Program-made: the position numbers and the translations under genes
Notes under the pieces: generated by a model
What the model was told of the DNA's origin: nothing
The model's input: only the letters and a program-made list of their open reading frames with translations
Database searches by the model: none
DNA from: a virus
Lineage: Duplodnaviria > Caudoviricetes
Virus record (IMG/VR): IMGVR_UViG_3300012952_002144
Span: 1-24,548 of that record
DNA length: 24,548 nucleotides
Reading direction: 5' to 3' (one strand)
In this document: positions 23,095-24,548 of the stretch, piece by piece
How positions within the stretch are numbered: the first letter of the stretch is position 1
Layout: each line of letters begins with the position of its first letter

Positions 23095-23324
23095 TTATTG
23101 TCTGTGAAGTCTATAAATTCATCAGCACCCAAAGGCTCGCTAGAATCTATCCAATGCTTATCTATAACTTCCTCTTGAATTTCACTTTCTGTGATATTCC
23201 CCTGACCATCTTCTATCATTAGTTCTGCATCTTCTTCACTTTCAGCTACTATTTCTACAGTTTCCACGACATAGATAGTCTTTTCAATCTTACCGATATA
23301 TTTCTTAGGCTCTTTCTCTATCAT
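23091..23324 (-). CDS. Acidic hypothetical protein
   Basis: VEIVAESEEDAE motif; SD AGGAG; ATGA coupling. Confidence 0.72.
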   Translation of the reverse strand: MIEKEPKKYIGKIEKTIYVVETVEIVAESEEDAELMIEDGQGNITESEIQEEVIDKHWIDSSEPLGADEFIDFTDNK

Positions 23325-23650
23325 ATTTCCTCTCCTCGAATTAAATTATATAGATATTTTAATTCTTGCTTAGGGGCTTTTTCTAGCCCTATAAGTTTAC
23401 TACTAGTCCCACCGAGTTCTTCAGCTATATCTACTATTATCTCTGCTTTTGTTTTTGGGATTTCGCCTGTTTTTGTTTTGTATATCGCCTTTTGATACAC
23501 GCCTTCTCTAGACAACTTGCCAATTATAGATTTAATACTGCGATTTAATTCCACAGCTAGTTTATCTACTGTGTCTCTATTTGGCTCAGCAGTATATTTG
23601 CTAACCATATGCTTGACTTCTTCGTCTGTATAATTCGCCGCCATAGCCAT
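23321..23650 (-). CDS. T5 A2/D3-like DNA-binding protein
   Basis: NYTDEE...LA.EL.RSIKSIIGKLSREGVYQK...K...IA...LEKA.K..L parallels T5 A2 and the D3-like ORF here. True start probably ATG 23644 (SD AGGAG). Confidence 0.62.
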   Translation of the reverse strand: MAMAANYTDEEVKHMVSKYTAEPNRDTVDKLAVELNRSIKSIIGKLSREGVYQKAIYKTKTGEIPKTKAEIIVDIAEELGGTSSKLIGLEKAPKQELKYLYNLIRGEEI

Positions 23651-23653
23651 CTC

Positions 23654-23887
23654 CTAGTAAAATAGGTTAAGCCCTAGTTTGACTTTCCTATCCCCGCTTT
23701 CTGGGCTACCGATATTTATTTCGGCATTGCCTCCACTACTAGCAATCAATGTTGATTTACCACTAGCTGAAGGGCCAATTTCGTTGTTGGTATCTATTTG
23801 GATATTTAGTACGCCATCTTCCATAAAAGTGTATATACTGCCATTTTTTCCAATTTTTTCACCAAATTCTTTTTCTATTATTGCCAT
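23654..23887 (-). CDS. Hypothetical phage protein
   Basis: SD GAGGAG; GPSASGKSTLIASSGG...LGLNL small beta-rich protein. Confidence 0.72.
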   Translation of the reverse strand: MAIIEKEFGEKIGKNGSIYTFMEDGVLNIQIDTNNEIGPSASGKSTLIASSGGNAEINIGSPESGDRKVKLGLNLFY

Positions 23888-23891
23888 GTGT

Positions 23892-24173
23892 TTACTCCTC
23901 GTCTATAATAGGGTTAATATTAAAATCCGCCTCAAAATCAATTTGAGGGTTATTCTCTAGTCCATAGTGAACTGCAAGCTCTGCTAACAGAACTTTCAGT
24001 TCCTCTATGTTTTTATTCAGCCAAACTTGAAGATGTTCCATATCTTGTGTTAGATGTGTCATATCTTCTTTTATAAAGAGATTTTCTTTCTCTATTTCAG
24101 CTAATCTTTGTTCTTTCATTTGAACTACGCTTTTAAGCTTAGTTGGGAATTGTATAACATTATCACTACTCAT
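23892..24173 (-). CDS. Coiled-coil hypothetical protein
   Basis: DNVIQFP N-terminus, heptad pattern, ATGA coupling. Confidence 0.72.
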   Translation of the reverse strand: MSSDNVIQFPTKLKSVVQMKEQRLAEIEKENLFIKEDMTHLTQDMEHLQVWLNKNIEELKVLLAELAVHYGLENNPQIDFEADFNINPIIDEE

Positions 24174-24439
24174 GATTTAAACTCCGCTTCGGGAATGTCC
24201 CATTCCACATAAAAGCTGTCCAACTCTACGCCACGCGGAACCTGTCGTTCCATTATGGCTTCTGCCTTTGCTTGAAAATCTTCTGAACTATTAGCATTAA
24301 TCGTAATTTCTTTACTAATTGTATAAGACGCTGTTATTTCGCCTGTCCATTTTTGATTTCCTACTGGCTTATCATCTATATAAGTGCCGCCAGTTTTCTT
24401 ACTTATTTCTATCTTCGGATAAGGCATACCACCCTCCAT
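24170..24439 (-). CDS. Hypothetical protein
   Basis: 89-aa ORF; start may be ATG 24427 (SD GGAGG). Confidence 0.68.
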   Translation of the reverse strand: MEGGMPYPKIEISKKTGGTYIDDKPVGNQKWTGEITASYTISKEITINANSSEDFQAKAEAIMERQVPRGVELDSFYVEWDIPEAEFKS

Positions 24440-24498
24440 ACAGCTCTCGCCATAATCGATAGAATTATTACTATACCAACAATCTCTAATATTGTCAT
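24409..24498 (-). CDS. Small membrane peptide, 29 aa (not in ORF track)
   Basis: MTILEIVGIVIILSIMARAVWRVVCLIRR; SD AGGAG; ATGA overlap with a truncated upstream hydrophobic ORF. Confidence 0.5.
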   Translation of the reverse strand: MTILEIVGIVIILSIMARAVWRVVCLIRR

Positions 24499-24548
24499 AG
24501 TCCTACTCCTGCTATCATTAAAATTAATAATAAAAAGCCACTTCCTAA

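Noticed and set aside
23654-23887. GPSASGKST looks like a Walker A motif
   Set aside because: The protein is only 77 aa with no Walker B or helical NTPase core.

Overview
AT-rich window from a T5-like (Demerecviridae-like) lytic phage, probably aquatic; almost all genes lie on the minus strand. Read right to left it carries an A2-like DNA-binding gene and small hypotheticals, a ~550-bp non-coding region containing a structured RNA candidate, a short plus-strand island (Myb/HTH protein, hypothetical, ribosomal protein bS21), then Hsp20, IscA, lysozyme, pyrimidine-dimer glycosylase and MazG. The T5-order replication module follows: D2, D3, T5.114-like, PC4-like SSB, tRNA-Ala, split NAD ligase A/B, D5, D6 helicase, primase, family A polymerase, D10 helicase, D11 and the start of D12. 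Peptide deformylase, a ParB-like gene, a 2OG-Fe(II) oxygenase and a peroxiredoxin are inserted in this module. Eleven near-consensus sigma70 promoters share an upstream box. Several give leaderless or SD-less transcripts, and four contain the upstream gene's stop codon inside TTGACA. The most striking theme is a possible translation-takeover toolkit: bS21, deformylase plus a detached basic peptide, an ArfA-like peptide, a tRNA whose 5' G is the last base of a stop codon, and leaderless mRNAs. Family assignments come from motif recognition and synteny only; no searches were run.
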